A stretch of DNA of 64,000 nucleotides from NCBI RefSeq assembly GCF_006345805.1, contig NC_042997.1:28148001-28212000 (forward strand), read 5' to 3'. This document shows, in pieces, positions 1 to 14,530 of this stretch. Position 1 is the first letter of the stretch. Each line of letters starts with the position of its first letter. A program made the position numbers and the translations under genes. The notes under the pieces are model-generated. The model was not told the DNA's origin. It was given only the letters and a program-made list of their open reading frames with translations, and did not search any database. Origin of the DNA: Octopus sinensis (taxonomy: Eukaryota).

Positions 1-11
1 TATGAATCTAA

Positions 12-58
<47 letters not shown>

Positions 59-100
59 TATCTATATATAATATATATATATAATATAATATATATATAT

Positions 101-262
101 ATGACGGACTTTTCTTTAGTTTCCGTCTACCAAAATCCACTCTGAAGGCTTTGGTCGGCCCGAAGCTATAGTAGAAAACATTTGCCCAAGACGCCACGCA
201 TTGGGACTGTCCCCGGAACCATGTGGTTGGGTAGCAAGCTTCTTACCACACAAACACGTCTG
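101..262 (-). mobile_element. SINE family A 5' half
   Basis: Reverse complement of the tRNA-like head and GACCAAAGCC segment. Confidence 0.85.
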
Positions 263-274
263 CTCTTACACACA

Positions 275-307
<33 letters not shown>

Positions 308-898
308 TACATATATATATATATATAATGCCATAGATATCGATAGGATGGAATCAACGACCAAATGTCAGTCTTTGACTATTTTCTTTTTCTTAATGTA
401 TAGGAACCTCTCATTTGTCTAATGGATGCAATTGCTCCTCCCCAGTATCATCACCACAAGGGATGGTACACAGGACGGACAGCATCGCAGCAGTTACCTC
501 AAGTAATTCTGTCTGATGCCATACGTATCCCGTTAATCCAGCAATATGGCAGGTTCTTTATCGAGTTCTAAATTATGAACGGGAAAATTGACCTCGGCGT
601 AATTAGAATTCCAAGCGCAGAGAACCAGAACAAATACTGGAGGACATTACTACCGACTCTAACGAATCTGCTACTTCACGGCCATAAAATGCATGCACAT
701 ACACACACACGCACACACACACACATATATACACACACACACAAACACACTCACACAAAGAAACACACATGCATACACACAGATACGATAAAAAACAGAC
801 GCGCATATACACACCTACAAACATATGCAGACATCCATACAAGTACAGAACACATTCACACACTCGCAACTGTTAGTCTATTTCTCTATCTATCTATG

Positions 899-933
<35 letters not shown>

Positions 934-934
934 A

Positions 935-989
<55 letters not shown>

Positions 990-1146
990 ATCTATCTATC
1001 TATCTGTCTGTCTGTCTGTCTGTTGTCAGACTGTCTATCTGTCTATACATATGTACATACAAAAAGAGAAAGGTAGAGAAAATCAAAAGGAGTGTTCATA
1101 TTCACACACACAGATACAGACACAGACACACACACACACACACATT

Positions 1147-1177
<31 letters not shown>

Positions 1178-3511
1178 GCACACACATTCAGACAATTTAT
1201 ATTATAATATAGGATCGAGTGGTTGTAATTGCTTCTCTGTTTTAAATTGCTTCAATATATTTTCCGATCTCATCATTAGAACTTTTTTTTTGTTATAGTT
1301 TATTACGGGCAACTACTGCAAAAATCTATCTTGTAAACTTTTATTGTTTTTCCCTGTTTCCCACACGTTAGGAACAGGCTCAATAAAGAAGTCAGGATTA
1401 TATTTATGGCATGTCGAAACTACGAACCAGTTCCATTTGTCCGTTGATTCAAGTTCATTTCTTTTACACTGATAATGAATGTTCTTTGAAAATAGATGCA
1501 TATCAACATTAAATTGCGCTAGTTTCCCCCCACCAAAGCAGATAACGTTACACGTACAAATCAATGAGAGTGTGTCAATGTGTACGAACGAACCACTGAA
1601 AGTAGTAGAGACAAATTTCCCTGGAAACTATGAACTTCTGTCTGAAATAAAATGAGGATGCAGTAATGTAGTTGGACATACAGCGCGAAAAAAATACGTA
1701 AATAAAATAAAAAAGGAATAAAAGATATTATTTGGTCTGAAGAGTTAAGACTGACCTGAGTAAGATAGCACCACTGCCGCTGCCACCCCCACCATTAACA
1801 ACTAAAACCACATGTGCTACCAATAAAACCAATTCCTCCACAACACTACCACCAATACCACCCTCAATAGGAAGAAAAACATCTTCATGAATGTTGTCGT
1901 CTTTGGTAGCTGCTTTTCCTACAATAAATCTTAAAAACCAGAATACATGTATATAAACATTGAGTAATTTCTTTTAAACACTTTTTTTTAATCTAACTAC
2001 CGTGTTTAGACTTATAAAACACTACATTCTGTTCCTTTTCCCACTTTTTACCCCATCTCCCTTCAGCCAACATAGTCATTATCAGTGTAAATTTTTATAT
2101 ATCTATCGACTATTACTGTTGGGAGTAATGCTATGTTGTGTCTGAGATCGACATTTATGTTCATCGTTCCGGGGTTCGATAAAATACGATTCAGTCTAAA
2201 ACTGGAATCAACTAAATTGATTATGCCACCCTATGAAGAAATAAAATGGTTTGCGTGTTCATAAAATTATATTGTCGTTTAATGTGAATCAATTGATTTT
2301 ACATGTTAGTTTAGGTGGTCATTGCTTTTGGTCCCGTAATTGCAACTGCAATCTTTGTTTCGAAACAATTATTTAATTAATTAAACTTTTTCCCTAGAAA
2401 TTTATTCTGTTATTTAACGAAGATTATAGTTTAAATACTATAGTTTAATTATAGTTTAAATTACTTCACCACTCTGTGGATTGTATTTTCAAACAAGATA
2501 ATGCTAAATTACTTTTGACTTTTTAAATCAGAAATCACAAACTTAAGAAACTAATTTCTTACACAAGAAAGCACAAGAAGACCTAATTGGTTGTGAAACC
2601 CGTTAACAAAAGACGTTTACTATACTGTGAGAGAGAGATGAATACTATTTACGTTTTTGTAACTGAGGAAACACTCATCTCTAAGGTCCTCATACTCAAC
2701 AGAATATTCAGATTTCACCTCATGCAAAGCACAACAGAATTTACAGAGAAAGAATGAAACAAAAAAAGTAAAAAATTATATATTAAAGGAAAATTTCATT
2801 CAACGTTTTAAGCATCGCTTTCTGAGTTTCTCATCAAAGTAATCTCATTTCAGAATTTTCTTGTTTTACTTAATTCATAGACTCAAAGACTGCCATGTTG
2901 ACACTGGCTCAGTATATTATATCTCATGGAGAACCAAAATACTTGCATTTGATACAGTTCTTGGACAAGTAAAGATAACAAGTTCATTCGCAATGTGTGG
3001 TGATATGTTTTACAAAATAAAGATAGAGGTATCGGGGGAAGCGCAACGTAGGTCCTTGGCTTGGAAGTAAGCGCAGCTGATTCGCTCTCATAATTACTCT
3101 ACCTCCTAAAGCAAAGTTGATAGTACTGGATAACATGCGCTCTAGTAAAACATGTCTGATATAAACTAAACTCAATAAATAAATTAATTAATACAAACAG
3201 CAAGCATGTATGGTAAAAAATCAAAACAACACAAAACCGAGATAAGACGGAACCCAACTGCATAGTGATAAACTTAATCATTTTTGTGGAATAAGTTACA
3301 GTATATAAGTAAGAATGGTTGGAAAAGTTGCAATACTTGCCTTATAGTTATGTTTCCATTCATAAATAAAGATAAACGAAAGTATATGGTGAGGTGTGTG
3401 AATGGAATGTGAAATATGAAAAAATCCACGCAAAACCTTTTATCTAAATTTAGATACTATGAAAGAGTTACAGTATGGTAACATACCGCAGGTCACTCAA
3501 GCAGTATATAT

Positions 3512-3544
<33 letters not shown>

Positions 3545-4292
3545 TCTATATATGTGAGTGTGCGTGCGTGCGTGGATGCGTGTCTGTGTGTGTGTGCATG
3601 TATACGTTCACACGTACACAGACATCAAAATGTGAATAAGTCTATTTATCGATATATATACATGCACCCACCGGCGCGAGGGCGGGCGAGCATGCGCGCA
3701 CAGACACACATACACACACACGCACACACGCACACACACACACACACATGCACAGATCTATATATATAAATATATATATAACATTCTAATTTAGACTACA
3801 TAAGATGATAATTCATCTTAAAATCTGACGATACAACAGTTAGAATCATTGATCTTTGGATAACATATATTCACAGCATTACTTTTGCATAGAAATGAAT
3901 ATGCCTTTCTGAGTGACATTTGTAACGTCAATTAGCGTTAACAGTGAATAAAACCCCTGGTGGTTAACAGGATAAGTTTTCAGAATGAGTTACGCATTAC
4001 TGTTGATATTGATTTCTAACGGTTGTTTAATCCCAGGTCAATTTCACTTCAAAATACCGCTATTGAAATGTTTTCCATCATCTACCATATTTTCGCTTTC
4101 GCAGCATCAGTGACTCTAATACGTGGCGAATACTTTTCTCTTTCAAGGCATAGGTTTCTCGTTTGACGGAGCTTAGACTACTGTTTCTTACACGACAGAC
4201 GTCTTCTGAAATGATGGGTTTAATATTATCAATATTTATTTTAATATTTTCTTCGAACGAGTTGTCATGCAAGCAACATTAGAGCTAAATTG

Positions 4293-4714
4293 GGATCTTT
4301 TCGGTTTGAACGGCAGTTTTTAACATAATTTCTAGGTAACTAAAAAATGTTAAACTTCGTATACTGGTAGAATGTGTTTATAAAACATCTTTTTCTCTTG
4401 GCTTTATGGAGAAAATTCTATATTTTGTAAGATATTTGTTGTTTTTTTGCTTCTATTTCTGCAATTTCAACCAATCACTGACGTCTATTGTGTTAAAAAG
4501 CATTCTGTGCCGTATGAATATGTCCCTCGTTTAAGAAACACATTGGGTTTATTTACATTTGTGAAGAAAAAAAGATACCCTTCCCCCATCCTTAACCCTA
4601 ACCCTAACCCTAAAAGAGATTGAAATGCAATAGATCGATTCTAGGGTCATAATTATGGGTGACAATTTCATATGACACTGCTAGAAAAAACTGCCGTTCA
4701 AACCGAAAAGGTCC
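4293..4714. mobile_element. MITE with GG-initial TIRs and 8-bp TSD
   Basis: TIR GGATCTTTTCGGTTTGAACGGCAGTTTT / AAAACTGCCGTTCAAACCGAAAAGGTCC; TSD CTAAATTG at 4285-4292 and 4715-4722; internal (CCCTAA)n. Confidence 0.9.
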
Positions 4715-4961
4715 CTAAATTGATTGAAGGGCATACTTAATTAAATAACGCCGTGTAGATTACTGGTTTTGAATATGTAAGCAATAAAGAGAATAAGAAA
4801 TTCATTTGAAGTCTAAATACAGATGCGTCATAATTATTAATTCCATGATTATTATGTTACGAAAATGTATATTATCCATTAAAATATAATAAATGCATGC
4901 ATTTCCTAACATCTATGTAGCTATCTATCACTAATTCTCGCATCTCTCTCTTCCTCTCCCT

Positions 4962-5150
4962 CTCTTTTATTTGTTTCAGTCAGTTGACTGTGGCCTTGTT
5001 GGAGCATCGCCTGTAGTCGAAACTCGACCCCAGGACTTATTTTTTCTAAGTCCAGTACTTATTCTATCCGTCTTTTTTGCCGAACAGCTAAGTTACGGGG
5101 ATGTAAACATACCAGCATTGGTTGTCGAGGAGATGGTAGAGGGACATACA
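4962..5150 (-). mobile_element. SINE family A 3' half
   Basis: TTGTTTCAGTCA..GTACTTATTCTATC..GGTTGTC. Confidence 0.8.
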
Positions 5151-5235
5151 TAAAAATACATAACCATGCATTCACATACATATATTATATATATATATAA
5201 TTATGTATATAATGTATATATATATATGTGTGTGC

Positions 5236-5275
<40 letters not shown>

Positions 5276-5484
5276 GAGATTTAGTTGAAATAGGTACTTA
5301 GGTTGAAGCACAAGATCAGTGCGGTATTATCTGTACAACTCAAAGAAAAGTGAATAAAATCAAAATAAGCAATAGGATATCAAGAGGTGATGCAGTATGA
5401 TGGTTGTACTGCATCACCTCTTGATATCCTGTTGCTTATTTTGATATATATACGTACATATATGCATACACACACACACACACA

Positions 5485-5553
<69 letters not shown>

Positions 5554-6382
5554 TATATACACACATGCATGCACACTCAATGGATGCTCAACTGCGCGTC
5601 ACACGCGAGTACACATACACACAAACGCGCAGCACACACACAGGCGCACACACACGCAAATCTCATACTTGTATAGTTTGTTTGTATGTATATTTCTGTG
5701 TGCCTTTCTGGTTATGTGTGTAAACATCCTGGTTCAACATATTTTATGTATATCCTATATGCAATAATTTTTCCTACGTTCTGAAATCAAAGATTGTATT
5801 TATATTAATTCATACTGCTACAAAATAGATGCTTTCATTACTATTACATTTAAATTGACATAGTAGAGGTAAAATGTGTACTGGTATGAGACTATTAGTA
5901 ATATCATAATATATATTCATAAGAACGGGGGGGTGAAGTTAAGAAACCAGATGCTGTAAACAGTTTCCAGCATTTCGTTACGCTTCTAAACAATCCTCTT
6001 ATTGTTCTCTAACTCCATGTCAGTAGGGAACTTACTGGTTTATGATTAAAGATGACTCAGTTGTCAGACAGTCGATCTTTGATTCAAACGCTGTGTATCT
6101 AGGACAACGTTATTCAATGCGGCCTTCCGATTATGGATTGCAATTTGCTAGAAACTTGGTGGTAGTTTCTACTAAGTGAACAGGGGAACGTAACCACTCT
6201 TGTTTGGTAACAATTATGTCCTTGTTTAATGATTTGGACTAGCTAATTATTGGTTCACTGCATTTCTGATGGCGTGAAATTACAAGGGCGTGCTAGATGG
6301 AACAAATTGCGTAAACATACACGCGCGCGCGTATGTACACATATATATATTTTCATATATATATAATATATATGTATATATA

Positions 6383-7942
6383 CAGTAGTGGCCTTAATAA
6401 AAGGTTCAGTAAGAACAAGTGTATTGAAATATTTATTATAGAATATTACCAAAATTTTGAGACTAGATATTTTACACATATTTAGATATAACTACTATCT
6501 ATCTTCCGTGAAACCTTCAAGTTATGAGGAACCAAACAAATATTCTTCCTAACTGCAACGGTTTAAAGTTAAAAGGGCCACTTAGAAAATACAATGAAAG
6601 AGGAATAAGAACAAACCCCGCCTTACTATGAATATTTTGTGAACATCCCTTTACTATCAATGGAATCCTGACATCTGTTATCACATGACTGAATTAATTT
6701 CTTGCAAATTGATGGAGTAATATTGTTCCATTCGTTTTTCAATAATTCCCAAAGTTCATCTTAGTTTTGGATTTATCCTTCACGCCCCATCTGCAGTATT
6801 CCTTCGCACGTTTTCCATAGGGTTGAGATTGGGACTTTAGGTGGCCAGTCCCTGAGATCTTCCCCCTCATCACTCAAAAACACTAAGACTCTCTTCGCAT
6901 GTGACAGACAGCGTTCTCCTTCACGGAGATAGAAGGGTGAACTGACGAGGAACGGAGATGTGGTAGGGATGCTGTCTAAGAATCTGTTTGTAGATTTCAG
7001 CATTGACAGTCCCTTGTAAGCGAATGAATGGATCAAGACCAGCAGCAGAGATCACTATCCACATCATTACGCTGCCTCCTCCATATTACACTTTCTACTT
7101 TGCACATGCACGAGATAGCCTTTCGCCACTCCTCGTCGGACATACACCCCGCTATCGGAACCAGTTACATTAAACTTCGATTCATGGCTACAATGCGCTT
7201 GCGACCACGGTTCATCTGTCCAAACGACACGTTCGTGAGCGAAACGAAGACGGATTCTTTGAATCTTCTTGGAGATCAGAGACTTCTTTGCCCATGCTCG
7301 AGCAAGCAACTCAGACCTTCGTAACCTCCGAGAAACTGTTTTGCGCGATACGTTGGCACTGGAAGTGGAGCTAAATGCAAGGGATATTTCAGCAGCACTC
7401 TCAAACCTATCATTCAGTGACATTGTAATCATAATACGATCCTGTTTTGGTGAGGTTTTCGAGGTCAGCCGGTTTGGCGTTTAGAATCTATCGATCCTGA
7501 TGACTTAAAACAAGCTATAATTCTTTGCACAGCACATCTAGACCTTCCTACAGCAGTTGCTAATGCAGATTTCGACTTGCCCTCTCGGTGAAGGCAAACA
7601 TGCTTTGTTTTTCATCAGAGAACGCCGGTCGTCTTTCAAGAGCCGCCATGTTGGCAGTTGAATATTCCAATATTGTAAGATCATAAAATGTAGCTGTTAA
7701 CTGTTACTAGTTCATTTTTTCTAAATGACCCTTAATCTTTGGCCGCTGCAATTTGGAACATTCTTTGTTTATTTCCTCATAACTTACGAAATATTCATTC
7801 CATTCGCTTGAAACTTTCATGAATGATAGATATCAGAGACATCTAAATATGTGTAAAATATCTAGTCTGAATGTGTTGTTACAATTATATAATAACTATT
7901 TCAATACACTTGTTACTGACTCTTATATTATGGCTGCTACTC
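6383..7942 (-). mobile_element. Decayed Tc1-family DNA transposon with long (~230 bp) terminal inverted repeats
   Basis: Left end TA|CAGTAGTGGCC and degenerate right end GGCTGCTACTC; arms align over >200 bp. Transposase remnant VSRKTVSRRLRR..RLRFAHE..WT..HESKFN..SD (7067-7432) and DWPP motif (6773-7036). Confidence 0.9.
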
Positions 7943-8482
7943 TCTCTCTCTCTCTCTCTCTCTAAATATATATATATATATATTGATAAAAATGGTAAGA
8001 CAACAAAAGAATGAAAGAAACCTCGATATTATGTAAATTCAGGAATCTATCTGTAAATTGTGCGCCTGTGTGTGTGTGCGTACATACGGGTATTTGCGTA
8101 TATAGACGTGGTTTACTCTGCTTATTGGTATACTCCATTCCCCGCCCTCGTGTGTATGAACATTTATGGTGCGCGTGTATGTGCATGGGTTTGTATAAAT
8201 ACATATATATATATATATGATGCGGGTAGGGATGTGTACCCTTCAAGTGAGGGTGGATGAGTGTATAATTTTAGGCGCATGCACGTGGGTGTGCAGGCGT
8301 GCATGTGTAGGTATGAACATGCGCGCTTATGCGAATACTAAGAACATTTTTACCCTCTTAATTTTATTCCCTCCCCTCACTTATATATACATACATATAT
8401 ATACATATAGATACATACACATTTCATACATATACACACGCACAATCGCACACGTATATACACATTCATACAGACGTACAGA

Positions 8483-8513
<31 letters not shown>

Positions 8514-8695
8514 CATACATACAGGGGTAGGACAAAATGATGGAAACTCCTAGCTTCATAATTTTGAAATATCTATAAAACTGTCAAAAGCTTGTTTATT
8601 TTATATTTTGATTATTATTAGTGTTGCTTAGTAAGTCATGCTAAAAATGTTTCTTTTAGGCTATCATCAGAAAAAGGTAACTGAAATTCCTTAAA

Positions 8696-8780
8696 ATGAC
8701 AGATCTATCGGATTTTCAAAGAGATCAAATTTTTGGCACTCGTATGGCAGGCGCTAGCATAACTGAAACAACTGGCTGTG
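8696..8780 (+). mobile_element. Tc1 transposase N-terminal fragment
   Basis: MTDLSDFQRDQIFGTRMAGASITET resembles the Tc1 HTH start. Confidence 0.55.
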
Positions 8781-8789
8781 GACAAATGC

Positions 8790-9420
8790 GTCACCATGCA
8801 TTTACCTACTTCTTGAGCAACACCAATCTCAATAAGTCTTCTAGCGCACGTGATCTGAGCATTATTGTAATCAACGATCTACGTTGGACAAACCACATCT
8901 CAGTCAAGAAGGCTGAGTGGGTGCTAGCATCACTCATAAGACTTTTGCCAGCCGCTCTCCAGCTAGCTATTTAAAATTGTATATGACAATGGTACGTCCA
9001 CAATTGGAATTTTTGTCACCAGTCTGGAACCCATATCTTGCTCTGCATATAAATCTGGAAATTGTTCAGAAACGTGCAACAAAACGGATACCGCCGTAAG
9101 GCAACTACCCTACTTTGAACGACTTGCTTCCCTGTGCATGGATACATTGCAGCTCAGATGTCTGGCAACTGACCACAAGATTATCTACCATCTTTCCAAC
9201 AACAACCTTGGGCACCTTTTTGAATTTCATATGGCAAACGCTCGCGGACATGCTTATAAAAGTAAAAAAAAAACAACACAGCAGCTATGCATTTCGGGAA
9301 CATTTTTTCACGCTCAGAATTGCTGAAGCATGGAATGAACTACCCGCATCAGTTATTAGCTTTCGAGACACTACATCCTTCAAAACTTCCATACTCACTG
9401 AAATCCGTTTTTTTTTTATT
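8790..9420 (+). mobile_element. CR1-group LINE 3' RT fragment
   Basis: RDLSIIVINDLRWTNHI, LKLYMTMVRPQLEFLSPVWNPY..LEIVQKRATKRIP, REHFFTLRIAEAWNELP..SFKT across frameshifts. Confidence 0.9.
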
Positions 9421-10063
9421 GATATTGCACCTAAGCACTGTATATAACAATTTCCTTCATTATATCGTTATATATCATATATTGCAGACTCAAAGGGTAA
9501 TATCAATTCCCGACTACAAAATTGTCCATTAATTTCAAATAGAGATAAGAAAACAAATATTCTTGTATATGAAACAGTTAAAGAGAAACATTGCATGTAA
9601 ATTTTTATATATATTTTATACAAAAATAATAATAATAACGAAGAAAAACATCAATAATTTCCATACGAAAACGTAATCATAATTAAATTATAATTTTAAA
9701 AACATTTGCTTTTTATTAGATCGATTCATATTTAACTCGAAGAATAAATTTGTGCGATAAATCAATTAGCTATACAAGCAATAACGATATCTGCATTTCC
9801 CAAACATCTTGGAAAAATAATGTTCTCAAAGTTTGGCATTGGCATACATATAAACAGTGGGAGGTGTAGAGAAAGATAAAGCAACATCTCCTATGTGAGC
9901 TGTAACATGTTTCCGCCCTCAGTTTGAAGCCAATGCCTAAGATAACACTATCATATTTGGTATTATATATACATATTTATATATATATATATGCTTATAT
10001 ATAAACATATACATACATGTGTATATGTATACATATATATGTATAATAAATATATGTATACAT

Positions 10064-10110
<47 letters not shown>

Positions 10111-11103
10111 TATGCATATATATATATATATAATACGTATATGTACGCATACATATATGTATAGTTACATATATGCATATATATATATCTATAAATATAC
10201 GTATATGTAAAACCATATATATTTATTTATACATGTATATATATAAACATATATACATATATATATATTTACATGCATACATAAATATAAATATATACAC
10301 ACATGTATATACAAATGTTATTTATATATGAATATATATTGTATATAGCCATATACGTTTTATGTAAATTCATATGATAATATATATGTATATATACATA
10401 TATATATATGTGTGTGTGTGTGTATGTATATCTCTATATATATATATATTTGAATATGTTCATATATGTATATGTGTATATATACATATATGTATATGCG
10501 TATATATATGTGTGTATAGATATGCATATAACCATATATATGTACGTATATATCTTGTTTGCATACATACGCATATATGAATATTAGATAAAAAAAACAT
10601 AAATACATGTATATACAAATATACTCCAAATAAACATATATACGGCTGCACGATTTTCCCTGTGATCAAATGACTAAACATATTATAATTCACGTAAGCC
10701 GACATCATTTACGAATTGTACTGAACACGCACACACACACACACACGCATGCACACACACGCGCGCACATACATAGAGATGCAGACACACACATGCGATT
10801 GCATATATATGAATGCTTAATATGATAAACTAAGAATGTATACATATATATAGCTACACTTATTTTATATACATGCTAAAAAGAATTTACATATATATTT
10901 ATAGGTATATATTTATACGGTGTTAATCCGGACCCACCAGCGGCATATGTGGGTGTCACTGTCTGGAGGTCGAACCTCCAGATAATCACCGGTGTGCAGG
11001 CTGTTGTTGTCAAACTGAGCGCGAGTCGAGGGCGAATACACGATGGAATAGCAATTATTCCGTCTTAGCCTTCGCTGCTTATACTAAACATATGACATAC
11101 GCT

Positions 11104-11510
11104 TACTCTTTACTCTTTTACTTGTTTCAGTCATTTGACTGCGGCCATGCTGGAGCACCGCCTTTAATCGAGCAACTCGACCCCGGGACTTATTCTTTTG
11201 TAAGCCCAGTACTTATTCTATCGGTCTCTTTTACCGAACCGCTAAGTAACGGTGACGTAAACACACCAGCATCGTTTGTCAAACAATTCTAGGGGAACAA
11301 ACACAAACACACAAACATACACGCACGCATATATATATATACATATATACGACAGGCTTCTTTCAGTTTCCGTTTACCAAATCCACTCACTAGGCTTTGG
11401 TCGGCCCGAGCCTATAGTAGAAGACACTTGCCCAAGATGCCACGCAGTGGGACTGAACCCAGAATGATGTGGTTGGTAAGCAAGCTACTTACCACACAGC
11501 TACTCCTGCG
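11104..11510 (-). mobile_element. SINE family A
   Basis: Reverse complement of family A, full length. Confidence 0.9.
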
Positions 11511-11564
11511 TTTGATTTTTATTTTACATTTCATTTATTTTTCTTTCATTCTCTTTAAAAAATG

Positions 11565-11828
11565 GTGCTCCGTCTGTTACGACGACGAGGTTCCTGTTTA
11601 GCTGATCAATGGGACAGTCTGCTCGTAAAATTAAAGCGCAAGTGGCTGAGTACTCCACAGACATACATTCCATGAGGTAGTTCTCAGAGAGATTCAGACC
11701 CACACAGCTACAACACATTTTTGCCAGATGAAGTAGAATACCTTGCTCGAAAACATAGTGCGCCGCAGGGACTCGTACTCGTGACTTTACGATCCTGGGC
11801 CGAATACCCCTAACCACTGAGCCACGAA
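11565..11828 (-). mobile_element. tRNA-derived SINE related to family D
   Basis: Minus-strand head CGTGGCTCAGTGGTTAGGG..GTACGAGTCCC; shared 3' half. Confidence 0.7.
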
Positions 11829-12340
11829 CCTTCTCTCTCTTATCCCCGAAGAAAAGGATTGAAGAGACGGAGACAGAGAAAGGAAAGCCTCAGTCATTAA
11901 AAATCAAAATTACACTGAAATACGATCGATCATTTCTAGCTTCTTTACTTTTAACAATGAAGAAGAGGACAGATAATTAGTAATGAATAGCGTGAAAGTC
12001 TTTCACGTTTTTATTCCGGGGGTTCAAGAATGATCGATTGTTCTCTCTGTCTTTTCCCACCCCCGGTACTTATTCGCCTTCTTTCATAGTTCTTCATGTC
12101 TTTTAGTTGGGTGGGTGGGGGTAGACAATGTTTTTTTAAGGCACATTGAACGTTTTCTCTACAAACTACAAACAAGCCCCTACTCCCTTCCTTTCTTTTT
12201 TACATATAAAAGCTTATGCAAATTTGAACGGGGTATAGCTGTGAAAAGAGCCCAGAAAAGTGGGTAATACCCCCTACAAGATGGGTGGGAGAGAAAAGTT
12301 GCCAACAGCTGGCTACACGAAATTCATTTCTATATTTAAA

Positions 12341-12848
12341 GAGTGTCTTCCAGTATAGCCGCGGGTCGACCAAAGCCTTGTGAGTGAATTTGATAGACGA
12401 AAACAGAAAGAAGCTTGTCATATATATATATATACATATATAGCTTTTGTATGTAATATATATATATATGCATTTATGTATGTATGTATGTATGTAAGTA
12501 TGTATGTATGTATGTATGTGTATGTGTTTTTGTGTTGTGCATATATATATATATATATATATAATGTTGTATTTAGGAATGGTCATTTTGCCAGTTTAGC
12601 CAATAAATATAGTATATTTTTATCTATTCGTGTTTTTGTCTGTTTTTGTCCCTCACCACCATTGTTTGACAACCAATGTTGGGGTGCTTGCGTCCCGGCA
12701 ACTTAGCTGTTCGGCAGAAGTAAGAGACTGATAGAATAAGTACCAGGCTTACAGAAAGTAAGTCCTTGGGTTGATTTTTTCGATTAAGGTGCGATGCTGC
12801 AGCATGGCCACCCTGAAATGACTGAAACAAGTAAAAGAATAAAAGAAT
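12341..12848 (+). mobile_element. SINE family A, 5'-truncated
   Basis: GACCAAAGCCTTGTGAGTGAATTTG..microsatellite..CATGGCCAC..TGACTGAAACAAG. Confidence 0.85.
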
Positions 12849-13082
12849 ACCAGATGAACGTTACATACCACTAAACCTAAAGTGTGTAGTAGTACTATTA
12901 CCATATAGAAACATTTTTCATGACACCAGTACACAATTTACAGATGTTTACATTATGTTGTATCTGGGGAGAGTCATTTTTTTTTGTGCCTTATAAGATG
13001 TTTACATGATTTTTGTTTTCCGTGAATTTTTCACGGGTCCAGTTAGTAAAATTGAATACTATAATTATTGTTTAATAATGTA

Positions 13083-13247
13083 GGTGCAGGAGTGGCTGTG
13101 TGGTAAGTAGCGTGCTTATCAACCACATGGTCCTGATTTCATTCGCATTGCGTGGCACCTTGGGTAAGTGTCTAATAGAATAGCCTCGGGCCGACTAAAT
13201 CCTTGTGAGTGGATTTGGTAGACGGAAACTGAATGAAGTCTGTCGCA

Positions 13248-13327
<80 letters not shown>

Positions 13328-13555
13328 TGTGTGTGTATGTGTGTGTGTGTGTTTGCCTGTCTGTGTTTGTCCCCCCAACATTGCTTGACAACCGATGGTG
13401 GTGTGTGTACGTCCCCATAACTTAGCGGTTCGGCAAAAGTGACCGATAGAATAAGTACTAGGCTTCCAAAGAATAAGTCCTACGTTCGATTTGCTCGACT
13501 AAAGGTGGTGCTCCAGTATGGCTGCAGTGAAATGACTGAAACAAGTAAAAGAGAA
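13083..13555 (+). mobile_element. SINE family A
   Basis: Colinear with 58718-59165. Confidence 0.9.
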
Positions 13556-13922
13556 AGAAAAATGTAAATGTGAGGTCAGAACTTGCTGTCTTGACTTACT
13601 GTTTAATACGTATTTAAAAGTAAAACAGGCTATCTGCCTGTTTTTCAACCTATCCTTTCATTTATCTATCTAGATCTTTACATATACATGTGTGTTTATG
13701 TTCACGTATATCCGCAAGCTTGTTTATACAATTATATATGTTTGTATGTATGTATATAAGTATGTAAATATTTTTATAGTCAGGCGTTAATTGAAGGATA
13801 ACATAAATAGAACTTAAAGTTCATATTTTTTTAATGTAGTATATTTTTAGTGACTTCGAATATTTCATTCCCTCTTCCTGCAACTGTCTGTATTTTATCT
13901 ACTTATTAGTATTGCTAAAGAC

Positions 13923-14300
13923 AACGAACTGGCAGAGTGGTTAGCACGCCAAAGAAAATGCTTAGCGGTATTTCTTCTGGCTCCGCCGAGGTCGACTTTG
14001 CCTTTCATCCTTTCGGGGTCGATAAATCAAGTACCAGTTATGCACTGGGGTCGATGTAATCGACTTAATCCCTTTGTCTGTCCTTGTTTGTCCCATCTAT
14101 GTTTAGCCCCTTGTGGGTAATAAAGAAATAAGTATTTTTTCTAGCTTTAAGTCCTGAGTTCAGAAATCAGCTGAGGTTGACTTTGCCCTTCACCCGTCGG
14201 AGTCAATAAAATAACTACCAGTTGAGTACTGGTTTCGAATTAATCGACTATCACCCTCTCCCTGAATTTGAGGCGCTGTGCCTCTTGTAGAAAAGATAAA
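13923..14300 (+). mobile_element. SINE family B dimer
   Basis: GAGGTCGACTTTGCCTTTCATCCTTTCGGGGTCGATAAA core, then AAAGAAATA|AGTATT junction into a second diverged copy. Confidence 0.85.
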
Positions 14301-14319
14301 TATTAGTGCTATTGTTGTT

Positions 14320-14530
14320 CTCTTCAAATTTCAAGAATCTTTCTGAAGTTTCTTACAGAATGCAGGAGTGTACTTTTCTACTAGTCGACATTGTGAGTTT
14401 CAATTTCAGTATTCTTCAGTTTCATAGGTGGCAGTTTCAGTATTATTGAAAGTATGCCAAGTATTACAAGAGCAATTGTCATCTCAGTTTTCCTGAATCA
14501 CCTCCATTCTCTAGCCAGATTCGAATAATT
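14320..14530 (-). mobile_element. R4/Dong-type extreme 3' fragment
   Basis: IALVILGILSI..KSTLLHSVRNFRKILEI* resembles the C-terminus of RLE ORFs. Confidence 0.45.

Noticed and set aside
166-1298. HT/YI/CV/YLSI-rich ORFs here and throughout the window
   Set aside because: Translations of (CA)n, (TA)n, (TATC)n and (TATG)n microsatellites.
1313-1564. 83-aa non-repetitive ORF and a plus-strand polypyrimidine acceptor near 1370
   Set aside because: No recognisable homology; plus-strand frames stop early; cannot be supported as an exon.
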